Shown: in pieces, positions 27,526 to 37,230 of the stretch
Layout: the number at the start of each line of letters is the position of its first letter
Numbering within the stretch: the first letter of the stretch is position 1
IMG/VR virus record: IMGVR_UViG_3300012348_000120
DNA length: 64,000 nt
Source of the DNA: a virus
Lineage: Duplodnaviria; Heunggongvirae; Uroviricota; Caudoviricetes
Strand: one strand, 5' to 3'
Translations under genes and position numbers: made by a program
The notes under the pieces: model-generated
What the model saw: only the letters and a program-made list of their open reading frames with translations
Databases searched by the model: none
Told to the model about the DNA's origin: nothing

Positions 27526-28045
27526 AGTATGATTTCAAAAAGTTGCGAACATATTCATCGGAAGCATCGCCCATATCTTTGCCTTCATCCATCACATGAT
27601 GCTGATTGCCAAATTTAGCAAGTTTGCGGCCAGCAGCATCATTATCACATACACAAATGACGGGACGATTCTTTCTCGCCACCCATAACCAACGAGCCAC
27701 AGAACTGTCCAGATCATTAGAAAGGGTGGCAATAGCAGAATAGCCATAAGAAGTAAGTCGAGCAGCATCAAAAACACCTTCTGTTACAAACAATACGTTT
27801 GAGAATGACCAAGATTCAAGACCCCAAACCCCGACCACTTTATCTTTTCGCCAAGTAAAGTATTTGCCATCTTTCGGATGGTTGAATGCTTTTTTGTCAC
27901 CAGCAGGGCGATATTGCTGATAGCCAACCATTTGACCAGAAAGGTTCCACAATGGAAAAGTGGCAACGCCTTCTTCTTCATCCACCCAAGCAGTGTGAAC
28001 GTTCAAGTCAAAGTGTCTGGACTTCAAGTTTTCAAGAACGGTCAC
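27521..28045 (-). CDS. stand-alone Toprim-domain protein
   Basis: VICVCDNDAAGRKLAKF...DASDEY Toprim acidic motifs; probable GTG start after aaggag; the track start is a TTG. Confidence 0.55.
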   Translation of the reverse strand: MTVLENLKSRHFDLNVHTAWVDEEEGVATFPLWNLSGQMVGYQQYRPAGDKKAFNHPKDGKYFTWRKDKVVGVWGLESWSFSNVLFVTEGVFDAARLTSYGYSAIATLSNDLDSSVARWLWVARKNRPVICVCDNDAAGRKLAKFGNQHHVMDEGKDMGDASDEYVRNFLKSYS

Positions 28046-28057
28046 AATATTACTCCT

Positions 28058-28100
28058 TCTTATCAAAAGCAATATACGACGATTCGTGTAGAATGTAAAG
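28058..28100 (-). promoter_or_regulatory. early promoter variant (TTTACA -35)
   Basis: gene-sense cTTTACAttctacacgaatcgtcgTATATTg. Confidence 0.45.
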
Positions 28101-28102
28101 AG

Positions 28103-28327
28103 TTATTTTTGTTTTTCGATGACTTCTTTACGCCAGTCGGCATAAAAAACGAAAGTCAAATAACCCAAAACGATCATTGCCGCATACCACAAAAAATCTA
28201 CGGTTGTAGCGGCAGTGATGGTCATTATAAAACTTGCAGCCATTCCATCTGCAATCCACAAACAAACTAAGTAATCATACCATTTCATAGTTTTGTTTCC
28301 GCAAGTTGTTTCATTTTCGGTAGCCAA
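28103..28327 (-). CDS. small membrane protein (two TM helices)
   Basis: 74-aa ORF. Confidence 0.5.
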   Translation of the reverse strand: MATENETTCGNKTMKWYDYLVCLWIADGMAASFIMTITAATTVDFLWYAAMIVLGYLTFVFYADWRKEVIEKQK

Positions 28328-28764
28328 GTATTGGTGTAATCGTTCAGAAACGTTGTAAGACCATCAGGTGCGTTTTTGAACTCTGGGGCATTATGAATCA
28401 TATCGATGAGTTCGTTCAAATGACGTTGCAGAATATTTCGCTGAACGATTGCGTTTGCAACATGATCATCAATGAACGCAGCGACTGGAACATTTTGAGA
28501 GTTCAATAGATCGCGAATTGCTGCACTTACTGCTCCTTCCAATCCATCGTTTTCATGATACTTTTCAATTGCACTATCACGTTCATATACCAAGGCAGTG
28601 ATAGCAATAGCCGCTTCTTTTTGAATAGGTGGAGTTTCAAACGTCCGAACAAACTCGTTTGGATTATTTGGTTCTTCTCCACCCGCCGCTCCAAGCCCAT
28701 CAGTGATCGGAATACGGTATTCTCCATTCAGTCGTTGAACCAAACTTGTGTATTCATGTGCCAT
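28285..28764 (-). CDS. hypothetical protein
   Basis: 159-aa ORF. Confidence 0.5.
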   Translation of the reverse strand: MAHEYTSLVQRLNGEYRIPITDGLGAAGGEEPNNPNEFVRTFETPPIQKEAAIAITALVYERDSAIEKYHENDGLEGAVSAAIRDLLNSQNVPVAAFIDDHVANAIVQRNILQRHLNELIDMIHNAPEFKNAPDGLTTFLNDYTNTWLPKMKQLAETKL

Positions 28765-29159
28765 CAGTCGTCCTTTACTAACATATTCATTGCGATTCTT
28801 TCAAGTGAAAGATATTCTTTTTCGGACATACCGTTCATCATGATTTCTTTTTTATGCTTCTGCAACTCATCTATATACTTTTTGAAACGATATATAGTAT
28901 ACCGAGATGCCCTTCCATTGATTGGAGAATCACGAAGAGTAGCGTATGAATGTGGATATGACGCAATCCAAACAGAGACATCACCAAATGAAATAGTATA
29001 TGTGTTTAGGTCACCTTTTACGTTTCTATCCAAAATATCATTTATGAACTTGTCTATGTTGGGGTTGTATTTTGATGACATCACCCAAAATGCAGGGTTT
29101 AAAATGACAGTTGAGTAGAAAAGAAACTTTACCAACTTATTTTTTGCGTTTTGTCTCAT
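28764..29159 (-). CDS. hypothetical membrane-anchored protein
   Basis: 131 aa; N-terminal TM helix. Confidence 0.5.
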   Translation of the reverse strand: MRQNAKNKLVKFLFYSTVILNPAFWVMSSKYNPNIDKFINDILDRNVKGDLNTYTISFGDVSVWIASYPHSYATLRDSPINGRASRYTIYRFKKYIDELQKHKKEIMMNGMSEKEYLSLERIAMNMLVKDD

Positions 29160-29169
29160 TTACTTTCAC

Positions 29170-29559
29170 CTACCGATGCAGAGAAAATTGTTTCATGTAT
29201 TCCGCTTCTTCTTCGGTGTAAACAAACACCCAAGCACAGGTGACTTCCGAACTTACGAAAACATCACCATAGAAGTTACGCCAAGGATAAGTCGGATCAA
29301 CCGTAACGCCACTGTGTGGCATAACACTGGTGATTTCGTTGATCTTTTCCAGAGGTTCGTGTAGAACCAGAGTTACACCAAATTCACGATCTTCTCGCCA
29401 AGCACTCATAGCCCGCCAAAACTCATCTCCGTCTTGATGAACTAACGAACTTTGATAAGCCCCAAAGTCTGCTTGAGCATGTGCAGCTTGCGCCATAGCT
29501 TTGCCAGGATTCATATCCTGAATATCTTTGCGCATGATAATATACAGTTTCGGTTCCAT
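29170..29559 (-). CDS. PTH2-family peptidyl-tRNA hydrolase
   Basis: LYIIMRKDIQDMNPGKAMAQAAHAQ matches the PTH2 signature (KMVxVVRxDL..GKxAAQxxHA). Confidence 0.65.
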   Translation of the reverse strand: MEPKLYIIMRKDIQDMNPGKAMAQAAHAQADFGAYQSSLVHQDGDEFWRAMSAWREDREFGVTLVLHEPLEKINEITSVMPHSGVTVDPTYPWRNFYGDVFVSSEVTCAWVFVYTEEEAEYMKQFSLHR

Positions 29560-29561
29560 TT

Positions 29562-29837
29562 TTACTCCATTGTGAACAACATCATTGCCTTATCTGTATC
29601 AGATAATGTGCAGTATGTCAACCATTCTTTGAAGGACATATCACATCCTTCGATATAAAACAAGGAAACCCCACGCCGAATAATTGCAGGACCATTCGTG
29701 TTATGGAGTTTCCCATTTTTTAGAAACATCGTTCCCTGTGATAAATCCACTCGTTTCGTCTCACCTTCGGTTACAAAAATAATCCGACTCGCGATGTATT
29801 GATCAATAGTCTTTGATGTATTCTTAGCCTTTGCCAT
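29562..29837 (-). CDS. MORN-repeat-like protein
   Basis: NGKLHNTNGPAII motif; paralogous to CDS 7421..7735. Confidence 0.45.
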   Translation of the reverse strand: MAKAKNTSKTIDQYIASRIIFVTEGETKRVDLSQGTMFLKNGKLHNTNGPAIIRRGVSLFYIEGCDMSFKEWLTYCTLSDTDKAMMLFTME

Positions 29838-30519
29838 AGATACTCTCGTGTGTCACTTCCAGATCATCCAAATCCACGTCTACATAATCAAGTTCTCCAA
29901 GACACATAAACGTGGTGTTTCCATACTTGTGACGCATGGTGTGGTGCCAGTGGCCAAAAAACCAAAAGTCAGGTTGATGAATATCAAGCATTGCATCAAA
30001 CGCTTGGGCAGTTCTGGTTTTGTATTCAGCCCCTTTGATAATCCCAGTATTGAAAAACATTTCTCGTGAGATACGTTGAGGGCAATCATGAGTAATCATA
30101 ATACGAGGTTTTGCAAAAGAATACAGTTCAATAAAACGATAGAACTGTTCATCAGAACATTGCTCATCTGCCCACCAATCCACATCCTCTGTGCGACGAT
30201 ACCAACCTGGTGCACCATCTGGACCGTCAATACTCCAAGCACCACCGATGAACATTGTTTCATTTTCAACCGTGCCATCTGGAATGTATCCGACCATTTC
30301 AGACCTACACATTGAAGGCTTGTCATGGTTTCCACGAATGAAGCGATGAGTGCCATCAGAATGAAATGAGTTTACACTTTCAACCCAGTAGTCACTTTGA
30401 CCAAACCCAATGCCAAAATCTCCGACCTGAATAGTAGGACCACCAAAGTTTCCAATAGAGTATGCTTTGTAGTCATTCACCATACCATGAATGTCACCAA
30501 TCAAACGAGTGAGTGTCAT
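29824..30519 (-). CDS. calcineurin-like metallophosphoesterase
   Basis: GDIHG, GDFG...GNHD, GHWHH motifs. Confidence 0.75.
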   Translation of the reverse strand: MTLTRLIGDIHGMVNDYKAYSIGNFGGPTIQVGDFGIGFGQSDYWVESVNSFHSDGTHRFIRGNHDKPSMCRSEMVGYIPDGTVENETMFIGGAWSIDGPDGAPGWYRRTEDVDWWADEQCSDEQFYRFIELYSFAKPRIMITHDCPQRISREMFFNTGIIKGAEYKTRTAQAFDAMLDIHQPDFWFFGHWHHTMRHKYGNTTFMCLGELDYVDVDLDDLEVTHESIYGKG

Positions 30520-30707
30520 TGTCCAACTTCCTCCAAGAAACTTTCAATGTCCTCTTTCAGACAGTAACCATCACAATCAGTGCCATCGTAGAACGCAGTT
30601 TCACTGAGAACATCCAACACATACGTGCTTTTATCGCATTTGTTTAGTAGTTGCAGTGCTGCTTTCAGAAGCACAATAGCACGATCTTCTTCCATCAAAA
30701 TCTCCAT
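30516..30707 (-). CDS. hypothetical acidic protein
   Basis: 63-aa ORF. Confidence 0.4.
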   Translation of the reverse strand: MEILMEEDRAIVLLKAALQLLNKCDKSTYVLDVLSETAFYDGTDCDGYCLKEDIESFLEEVGQ

Positions 30708-30973
30708 TACTCATTTTCGTCTTCGGAGTCCAGACTGACCCATTCGGTTTCAAGATGACATTCTGCGAAGAATGTGCTTGTCTCACCTTCTTTACCATAC
30801 ACGAAGATACTTGGTCCGTCAAGGTCTTTTGACATAAAAACAGTGTGAAACATCAAATCTTCTGCTGTTTCTAGGCTTTCACATAGATAATCAAGTTCTG
30901 ATCTTACCTTTGCTACTTGTTCTGCGGTGGGAATGATTTCGCCTTCCCATACGATTTCATAGTTTTCAATCAT
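30707..30973 (-). CDS. hypothetical acidic protein
   Basis: 88-aa ORF. Confidence 0.45.
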   Translation of the reverse strand: MIENYEIVWEGEIIPTAEQVAKVRSELDYLCESLETAEDLMFHTVFMSKDLDGPSIFVYGKEGETSTFFAECHLETEWVSLDSEDENE

Positions 30974-31194
30974 CTACATTTCTCAATCATTTGACGAGCC
31001 AGTGTGGTATCTTTTGTTTCTTCCAATTCTTCATCAATCATAGACAGTATCAGCATTTCACGCAAAACCATTACTTCTTTGACAAGAACTGGGGGTAGAC
31101 CTCGTATCCAATCTGCCAATTCTTCCTCTGTTTCAATACTCCACATTTTGTCAAGTAGCTTGCATTGATCTTGGGTGATTCCATGTAGGATCAT
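30970..31194 (-). CDS. hypothetical protein
   Basis: 74-aa ORF; promoter TTGACT-N17-TATATT upstream at about 31200-31250. Confidence 0.45.
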   Translation of the reverse strand: MILHGITQDQCKLLDKMWSIETEEELADWIRGLPPVLVKEVMVLREMLILSMIDEELEETKDTTLARQMIEKCR

Positions 31195-31254
31195 TCGCCA
31201 TTCCTTTTCTTGGTTGCAATAGAGTCAATATACTCTAAACTTATTCCGAAGTCA

Positions 31255-31292
31255 ACAAAAAAGAGGCGACCGAAGCCGCCTCTTTTGTATAT
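31255..31292 (-). terminator. UUCG-tetraloop intrinsic terminator (copy 2)
   Basis: aaaaaagaggcgaccgaagccgcctcttttgtat; same GGCGGCUUCGGUCGCC core as at 4846-4878. Confidence 0.7.
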
Positions 31293-31301
31293 GTAAACAG
31301 A

Positions 31302-32696
31302 TTACTGTTTGGTAGGAGTTCCGATAGTTGGATCAACACTCAGTTGTTTTGCAGAGTTCAGCATCATAAGTTGCATGAACTGGTCAACCGTGCCAAGTGC
31401 ATTTCCAGAAGTCCCATCACCACCACCAGCAATCACAGTAGAAGGAACGTTGATCTTAGAGGCAGCATCCGCCCAAACACGCTGTGCTTCAACCCAAGCA
31501 TCAAGTTTCTGTTGTAGAGCACCGTCAGCTTCAAGAATGGCTTGCTTTGCGTAGGCTTCTGCATCAGCAGCAACAGTCACAGATTGTGCGTCAACCTTTG
31601 CACGTTCCAGATTGATTTCAGAAGTTTCTTGTGCAATTCGGGCTTCTTCGCGAACACGTTCAGCTTCGATCAGAGCAAGTTTTTTCGTGGTTTCAGCGTT
31701 TGTGGTCTTTTCAATCTGTTCCACTTTTGCTTCTGCTTGACGCTTGGCAATGTCAGTTTCACCTTGTTGGATTGCAAGCAACCGCTGTTCTTCTTGTTCA
31801 AGACGCTGTTCACGAGCAACTACGCGACGAGATGCAGCTTTCTTACGTTCACCAATCTGACGCTCGTATTCATCATCGGGGTCAATGTTTTCAAGAATTG
31901 CAGAAGATACAACAACACCGATTTCCGCGAAGTCATGTGGGGTTCGGATGTCATTGCCGCTTGCGTCTGTCACTTTTTCCATCATAACACGACGAACTTC
32001 AGTGTCACCAACTTCCGAAGTGTCGGCAGCAACATCGCTACTTGATGGAGCAGCACGGCTAGGAATTACGCCACCAGCTTGGTTGAATGAAACTTGACGA
32101 ACCTGAGCACGACCCTTTTCAACAGTATCTTTGAACTCGCTCTTGAACTGGTCACGCTTACCACCAGAGTAGTATTCTTCCATTGTGAACATGTTAGATA
32201 CTGAGTCAAGTGATGCAGTAACGGCAGGTTTCAGAGTAGTGCTAATTAGACGTTCAGGACTACGGAAGGTTCGTGCCATCGTCAAGAATTGTTCTTGATC
32301 TTGTGGGATCGCAAAACGAGTGGTCTGAGTAACATCACCTGTCCAGTTGTCTGCTAGGCGAACACGATATGGACCCGTGACAGAACTGCCATCCGCTTCG
32401 ATATCAATCGTGTTTGCGACTGTGATGAAGTGAGGCCATGCTGTGGAAGTCCCCCAACCAACAAAGAACCAACCTGTTTCACAGACTGCGGTTTCGGTTC
32501 CGAAAATGCTTCGCGTATGCTGGCAGTATCCAGCGTCATTGTAACTTACCGCGCCAAGACCGATGATCGCGACACCAAATACACCAATTGCCGATGCGAC
32601 AATTGTTTTTACTTTTCGTAGTTCGGGAATGAGAGGAACCGCCTTGATTGCAATTGCAGCAATGATAAAGACGATGCCTAGAATGAGTCCAGTCAT
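31302..32696 (-). CDS. SPFH/band-7 (prohibitin/HflK-like) membrane protein with long coiled-coil C-terminal region
   Basis: N-terminal TM helix, SPFH-like core, then a long Ala/Glu/Gln-rich coiled coil. Confidence 0.7.
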   Translation of the reverse strand: MTGLILGIVFIIAAIAIKAVPLIPELRKVKTIVASAIGVFGVAIIGLGAVSYNDAGYCQHTRSIFGTETAVCETGWFFVGWGTSTAWPHFITVANTIDIEADGSSVTGPYRVRLADNWTGDVTQTTRFAIPQDQEQFLTMARTFRSPERLISTTLKPAVTASLDSVSNMFTMEEYYSGGKRDQFKSEFKDTVEKGRAQVRQVSFNQAGGVIPSRAAPSSSDVAADTSEVGDTEVRRVMMEKVTDASGNDIRTPHDFAEIGVVVSSAILENIDPDDEYERQIGERKKAASRRVVAREQRLEQEEQRLLAIQQGETDIAKRQAEAKVEQIEKTTNAETTKKLALIEAERVREEARIAQETSEINLERAKVDAQSVTVAADAEAYAKQAILEADGALQQKLDAWVEAQRVWADAASKINVPSTVIAGGGDGTSGNALGTVDQFMQLMMLNSAKQLSVDPTIGTPTKQ

Positions 32697-32744
32697 TTAT
32701 ATATCCTATTTTGAGATTGTGTGTGAGTTAGAGTTGTGTTGAAC

Positions 32745-32880
32745 TATCGTAGTTCATAATGGTTTCATGGTTTTCAATCAAGTGCCATACTCCGCGCTCA
32801 ATCGCTTTACCAAGACCCCATAGCCCGCCAAACATAAGAACGTTTGGGATTACATAGTATACAATTACATCTACCATGTT
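32745..32880 (-). CDS. small membrane protein (about 45 aa)
   Basis: not in the ORF track; promoter cassette at 32912-32956 directly upstream; RBS ggaaataac before the ATG. Confidence 0.4.
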
Positions 32881-32911
32881 ATTTCCTTCATATTGAGTTC
32901 GCACTATTGCT

Positions 32912-32956
32912 CACTCTTATGTGTTATATATAGTATAGATTCGTGTCTATGTCAAG
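32912..32956 (-). promoter_or_regulatory. early promoter (copy)
   Basis: gene-sense TTGACAtagacacgaatctatacTATATAtaacac. Confidence 0.55.
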
Positions 32957-33144
32957 AGGATATTAAGTGAAAAGCAAGATTTTCTGAGTTTGCATACTTT
33001 CTATAAGTATAGATGTATTCCATCCTTCCGCCCATAATAGTAACTTTAGTGCATATTCTCAAAAACATCCACTTTTTAGTAAAGATGCACCAACTAAATG
33101 GATTGATGCACCTTACTTCTTTGCAGTCTATTATACGGTCATCA

Positions 33145-33483
33145 TTATGCAAAGTTTACAGAGACTCCACATCCGCAGCCAGATTGTGCATTTGGATTGA
33201 AAAGTTCAATCTTACTTCCAGTAATATCGCTGACATAATCAACAGTTGTTCCGATGAGATACATTAGACTGTGACTGTCAACATACAGAGTAAATGTATC
33301 GTATTCTTGAACTTCATCACCAAACATATGGTCTTTGACTTCATCAAAGATTTCCCAGTGGTATTGAAACCCTGCACATCCGCCGCCTATAATTCCAAAC
33401 TTCACCAGTTTGCCAGATGCGATATTAGTAAAGTGATTGATTGCTTTGTCGGTTAGTGTTACAACACTCATTTTTTTCTCCAT
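33145..33483 (-). CDS. HesB/IscA-family iron-sulfur cluster insertion protein
   Basis: GGGCAGFQY and C-terminal GCGCGVS Cys motifs. Confidence 0.75.
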   Translation of the reverse strand: MEKKMSVVTLTDKAINHFTNIASGKLVKFGIIGGGCAGFQYHWEIFDEVKDHMFGDEVQEYDTFTLYVDSHSLMYLIGTTVDYVSDITGSKIELFNPNAQSGCGCGVSVNFA

Positions 33484-33965
33484 TTCGTAATTGATAGACC
33501 ACTATCTGTGAGTTCGTTATTGTGAATATAAAAGTTACTTTCAACTTTTTCTTTGGGTAAGAATACATCACAGTCATACGAACTCGTAATATTACTTATC
33601 CACAATTCATCTATAATGCCAATACAGCTTTCAACAAGAGTTGCGCCGCCGATGATCCATGTGATATACTCTGAATATCTGGGTTCAATGATTTCTTTTA
33701 TTATCTTAGATGGATCGCCACTATAAACTCCATGTGGGGCATTCTTCCACTCATTTGAATTCATGGTAGAAGATATTACAAAGTTTAGACGATTAGATAG
33801 TGGCTTATAAGGAAGACTTTCCCAAGTTTTTCGCCCCATAACAACTGAATGTCCATTTGTGCAATCTTTGAACCATTTCAGATCAGCAGAGTTGCGAGGC
33901 CAAGGCAAGTCTCCGTTCTTGCCTATGCCCCAATTTTCATCCATCGCAAATATTGCTCTTATCAT
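33468..33965 (-). CDS. frd: dihydrofolate reductase
   Basis: MIRAIFAMDENWGIGKNGDLPW...VMGRKTWESLP...IGGATL. Confidence 0.85.
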   Translation of the reverse strand: MIRAIFAMDENWGIGKNGDLPWPRNSADLKWFKDCTNGHSVVMGRKTWESLPYKPLSNRLNFVISSTMNSNEWKNAPHGVYSGDPSKIIKEIIEPRYSEYITWIIGGATLVESCIGIIDELWISNITSSYDCDVFLPKEKVESNFYIHNNELTDSGLSITKWRKK

Positions 33966-33976
33966 TGTATTCCTAC

Positions 33977-36643
33977 TTAAAACCTTTTTGTAAGTGTGAA
34001 ACCAATCTGTGGTGCAGTTTCACCGTCAATGCCCATATAGTTTTCGCGAACTTCTGCAAACATAGACACATTTGTAGTAGGTGTTACATCTACGTTATAA
34101 AACAGACCAAGATTTACTTCTCGGCTATTGTTCGCAAGAGATTCCGACGAAGTAGCGGAAGACACAATTCCCTCTGCACTTACGGATGATGCGTATTCCA
34201 TACTTACGTCACCAGATTGAATTGCTACGGGCAATGCAGCAACAATACCAAAATTTCCATTTCTGGTATTGAATTTTGCTCCAACACTCGCAGTGTTGCT
34301 GATCATTGTGCCAGCACTTTTCATCATAGAATTTTCTCCAACGTTTAGATCAGTAGCACCAACACCGATACTTCCGAACAAAGAACCAGACGAAGTTTGG
34401 ACTTCATGCTTCAGATTTACATAGGTAGTGGTTGCGCCCGTTACATTCATAATTGGACTGGTTGCCACATTTCCAAGGAATGATCCATCTTCTTTCATAA
34501 CACCAAATGTTACAAAGTCGTTGTTATATGAAACCCCATAGTTTGTGCCATCGTCATTAGCTGATACTGCAAAGTTTCCAACATTGATATTGAGTCCCTT
34601 TGTATAGCCAAGATAATTGTCCGCATTTGAATTGTATGATGCGGCAAGAACTGGACTCACCATACGAGTATCAGTCGCAATATTTAGTTTGTTGCCATCC
34701 ATATAAAAGTTTCGGTCATATTCATCTACCACCATCATACTTGACAGTGAAGCCATATTCATACCAGAAACCGATAGCTGTCCATCAATAGATGTAGTTG
34801 CACCATCAACCCGCCCAGTAGTTGGAATACCAATCGCACCCTGTGGACTTGTTGCATTGTCAAGGTCCATAAGTCCTTGTCCATGAATGTTTACATCATA
34901 ACCAGAAAATGATTTGTCAGCAGTATTCATTAGCAACTTTACAACATTCTCGCCAGTCATATATGGCCACATTTGATGAACAAGTGCAACGCCACCAGAA
35001 ATAGCAGGAGCAGCCATTGAAGTTCCACTCAATGCACGATAGTCGCCGTTATTGTTGGTAGAAGTCACCCAAGTCCCTGGTGCCATTAGGTAGTAATCAC
35101 TAATACGGTTTGTATTGTTACAATCGTTTGTGACTGCATTGTAATCAAAGCACATTGTTCCAGCACGGTTGGAGTAGGATGCAATGTTATTGGTGCCAAG
35201 ATCAAATGAACCAGCGATGATTACACGACCATCCAGCGCAAGGTTTCCACTTTCGTCTGTGATAGTTGCATAATGTGCAGGGAAAGCAGGAAATGCCAAG
35301 CCTTGGTTTCCAGCAGCAACAACCAGAACGGTGTCATTTCCACTCATTGCAGTAATAACTGGTGCCGTGAAATTGTCGCTGTTTAGGAGTTGGTTATATC
35401 CAAGAGACTGATATGGAGCATATGTGCTGCGATAGAACCCATCACCAATTGATACTACGCTGTTGCGATAGGTAGAGTCCATATTCATTTCTGCACTTAC
35501 GTTTACAACATCAGCACCGTTTGATACTGCCCAAGCGATGCCATTGCCAACTTGGTCAAGTTCAACGTATCCATTATCATGGCTGATTTTACCAACCAGA
35601 ATATCAGCATCGGGTGCAACACCAGTCATACCCACTCCATCAAGTGCGGCAGCAGCAATACCAGTAACATGTGTGCCATGTGCTACTGAGTTTTTGTCCT
35701 GAATCGTTTCATAGCCATTCTTGCACATCACAGTGAAACATTTGGTTCCGACAATACGACCATCAAACTCTTGATGATCCAAATCAATACCAGTGTCCAG
35801 AATTGCGATAGTTGAGCCAGCACCAGTATATCCGCGACTCCAAGCAACGTTTGCGCCAGTAGCAGGAAGCCAGTTGGCATATGGTCCAAGCCCACTTGGA
35901 TTTAGAATTGTATTAGTTGTGTAATATGGATTCGTAACTTTTACCGCATCAATATACGTCTGTGTCCCTGCAAGGCTTACGTCCGTTCTTGTCGCATATT
36001 CTTCTGCGGTCAAGAATTCAGATTGGCTCGCGTGTGTATTTTGCACAGAACTTACCAACACTCTACCCGATGTTTGCGTCTCAGAGATTGACGAAGAAGT
36101 TGAAATTACGTTTGATGCTGTATTTGTTTTTGTTGTTCCATCACTGTAATACTCAGTGGTAATTTTGGTTTCAACAACTTGAATCGTAGTTGTGGTTTGA
36201 TAATACTTTACCGTAACCTCATATGTATCGGTTGTAGTGTCAGTGTTTACAACTTCGGTTGTTTTAGTTGTATTTACGAGAACTGGATCAGAAACCGTTG
36301 TATTTGTATTTTGTGTAGAAGTTGATGCAGTGTTGATAACTGTCGGTGTGAGAGGATTTGAAACACCCAACAGAATAGCAAACTTTGCAACATCTTCCTT
36401 ATACATTACAACTTTCGCTTCCAACGATTCGTAACTTGCAGTGCCATCTAACCGCTTGTATGCATCAAGATAGGCAGAATAGGTTTTGATATAACCCAAG
36501 TATTGAGTCATATATCTTTGAGCAAGAGTTGTCTGTGTTGTTTTGTTTTTGATGCTTGCGATTGAATCGTAAACTGCACCAGCATACACTGGTGAGACGA
36601 CTGCGAACATAGAAATCAAAAAAGCGAACAGAAAGTTTTTCAT
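33977..36643 (-). CDS. secreted subtilisin-like serine protease (S8) with Thr-rich linker and autotransporter-like C-terminal beta-domain
   Basis: signal peptide; catalytic triad motifs DTGID, HGTHVTG, GTSMAAPAISG; about 330-aa C-terminal region of alternating residues ending in ...FTLTKRF. Confidence 0.75.
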   Translation of the reverse strand: MKNFLFAFLISMFAVVSPVYAGAVYDSIASIKNKTTQTTLAQRYMTQYLGYIKTYSAYLDAYKRLDGTASYESLEAKVVMYKEDVAKFAILLGVSNPLTPTVINTASTSTQNTNTTVSDPVLVNTTKTTEVVNTDTTTDTYEVTVKYYQTTTTIQVVETKITTEYYSDGTTKTNTASNVISTSSSISETQTSGRVLVSSVQNTHASQSEFLTAEEYATRTDVSLAGTQTYIDAVKVTNPYYTTNTILNPSGLGPYANWLPATGANVAWSRGYTGAGSTIAILDTGIDLDHQEFDGRIVGTKCFTVMCKNGYETIQDKNSVAHGTHVTGIAAAALDGVGMTGVAPDADILVGKISHDNGYVELDQVGNGIAWAVSNGADVVNVSAEMNMDSTYRNSVVSIGDGFYRSTYAPYQSLGYNQLLNSDNFTAPVITAMSGNDTVLVVAAGNQGLAFPAFPAHYATITDESGNLALDGRVIIAGSFDLGTNNIASYSNRAGTMCFDYNAVTNDCNNTNRISDYYLMAPGTWVTSTNNNGDYRALSGTSMAAPAISGGVALVHQMWPYMTGENVVKLLMNTADKSFSGYDVNIHGQGLMDLDNATSPQGAIGIPTTGRVDGATTSIDGQLSVSGMNMASLSSMMVVDEYDRNFYMDGNKLNIATDTRMVSPVLAASYNSNADNYLGYTKGLNINVGNFAVSANDDGTNYGVSYNNDFVTFGVMKEDGSFLGNVATSPIMNVTGATTTYVNLKHEVQTSSGSLFGSIGVGATDLNVGENSMMKSAGTMISNTASVGAKFNTRNGNFGIVAALPVAIQSGDVSMEYASSVSAEGIVSSATSSESLANNSREVNLGLFYNVDVTPTTNVSMFAEVRENYMGIDGETAPQIGFTLTKRF

Positions 36644-36678
36644 TGCGAGTCTCCAATTGGTAAAATACTTCGCACCAA

Positions 36679-37230
36679 TTATTTGATGCGAAGTTCTTCG
36701 ATGTTGACAGGAGTGTAGTTAGTCTGTTCCACACAGACACACTTGTATGGACCTTCTGGCGAAAGGTTTTGGTGAATGTGACCATGAACGTTCAATAGTT
36801 GGTTTGGTGGATGCTCCGAAAAACTCTTATCGGGCGCACCACGAAATAGAGAACTTTCGTGCAATGGAACATGGCTCAACATAAGTCCAAACTCTGGAAA
36901 CATTCTCCACATTTGAACTTTCTGAAAGAAGCCACCACTGGATAGAAACTTGATGTCATCATGGTTTCCAACAATCAGACGCTTACTGCCTGTAAGTCGT
37001 GGCCATAGCTTCTTGAATTCATCGCCATTTCCCATGAACACATCACCAAGGTGATATACTTTGTCGCCTTGTTTGACAACGCTATTCCAGCGGTCTACCA
37101 TACATTCATTCATTTCCTCAACAGTTGAAAACTCTGGACGAATTCTTAGCCCAGTATTACTGTCGGTAAATGAAAGAATATTTTTATGGAAAAAGTGTGT
37201 ATCACTCGTAATCCAAATATCAGACATCAT
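36679..37230 (-). CDS. calcineurin-like metallophosphoesterase (second copy)
   Basis: ITSDTHFFH, LGDVF, GNHD, GHIH motifs. Confidence 0.75.
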   Translation of the reverse strand: MMSDIWITSDTHFFHKNILSFTDSNTGLRIRPEFSTVEEMNECMVDRWNSVVKQGDKVYHLGDVFMGNGDEFKKLWPRLTGSKRLIVGNHDDIKFLSSGGFFQKVQMWRMFPEFGLMLSHVPLHESSLFRGAPDKSFSEHPPNQLLNVHGHIHQNLSPEGPYKCVCVEQTNYTPVNIEELRIK

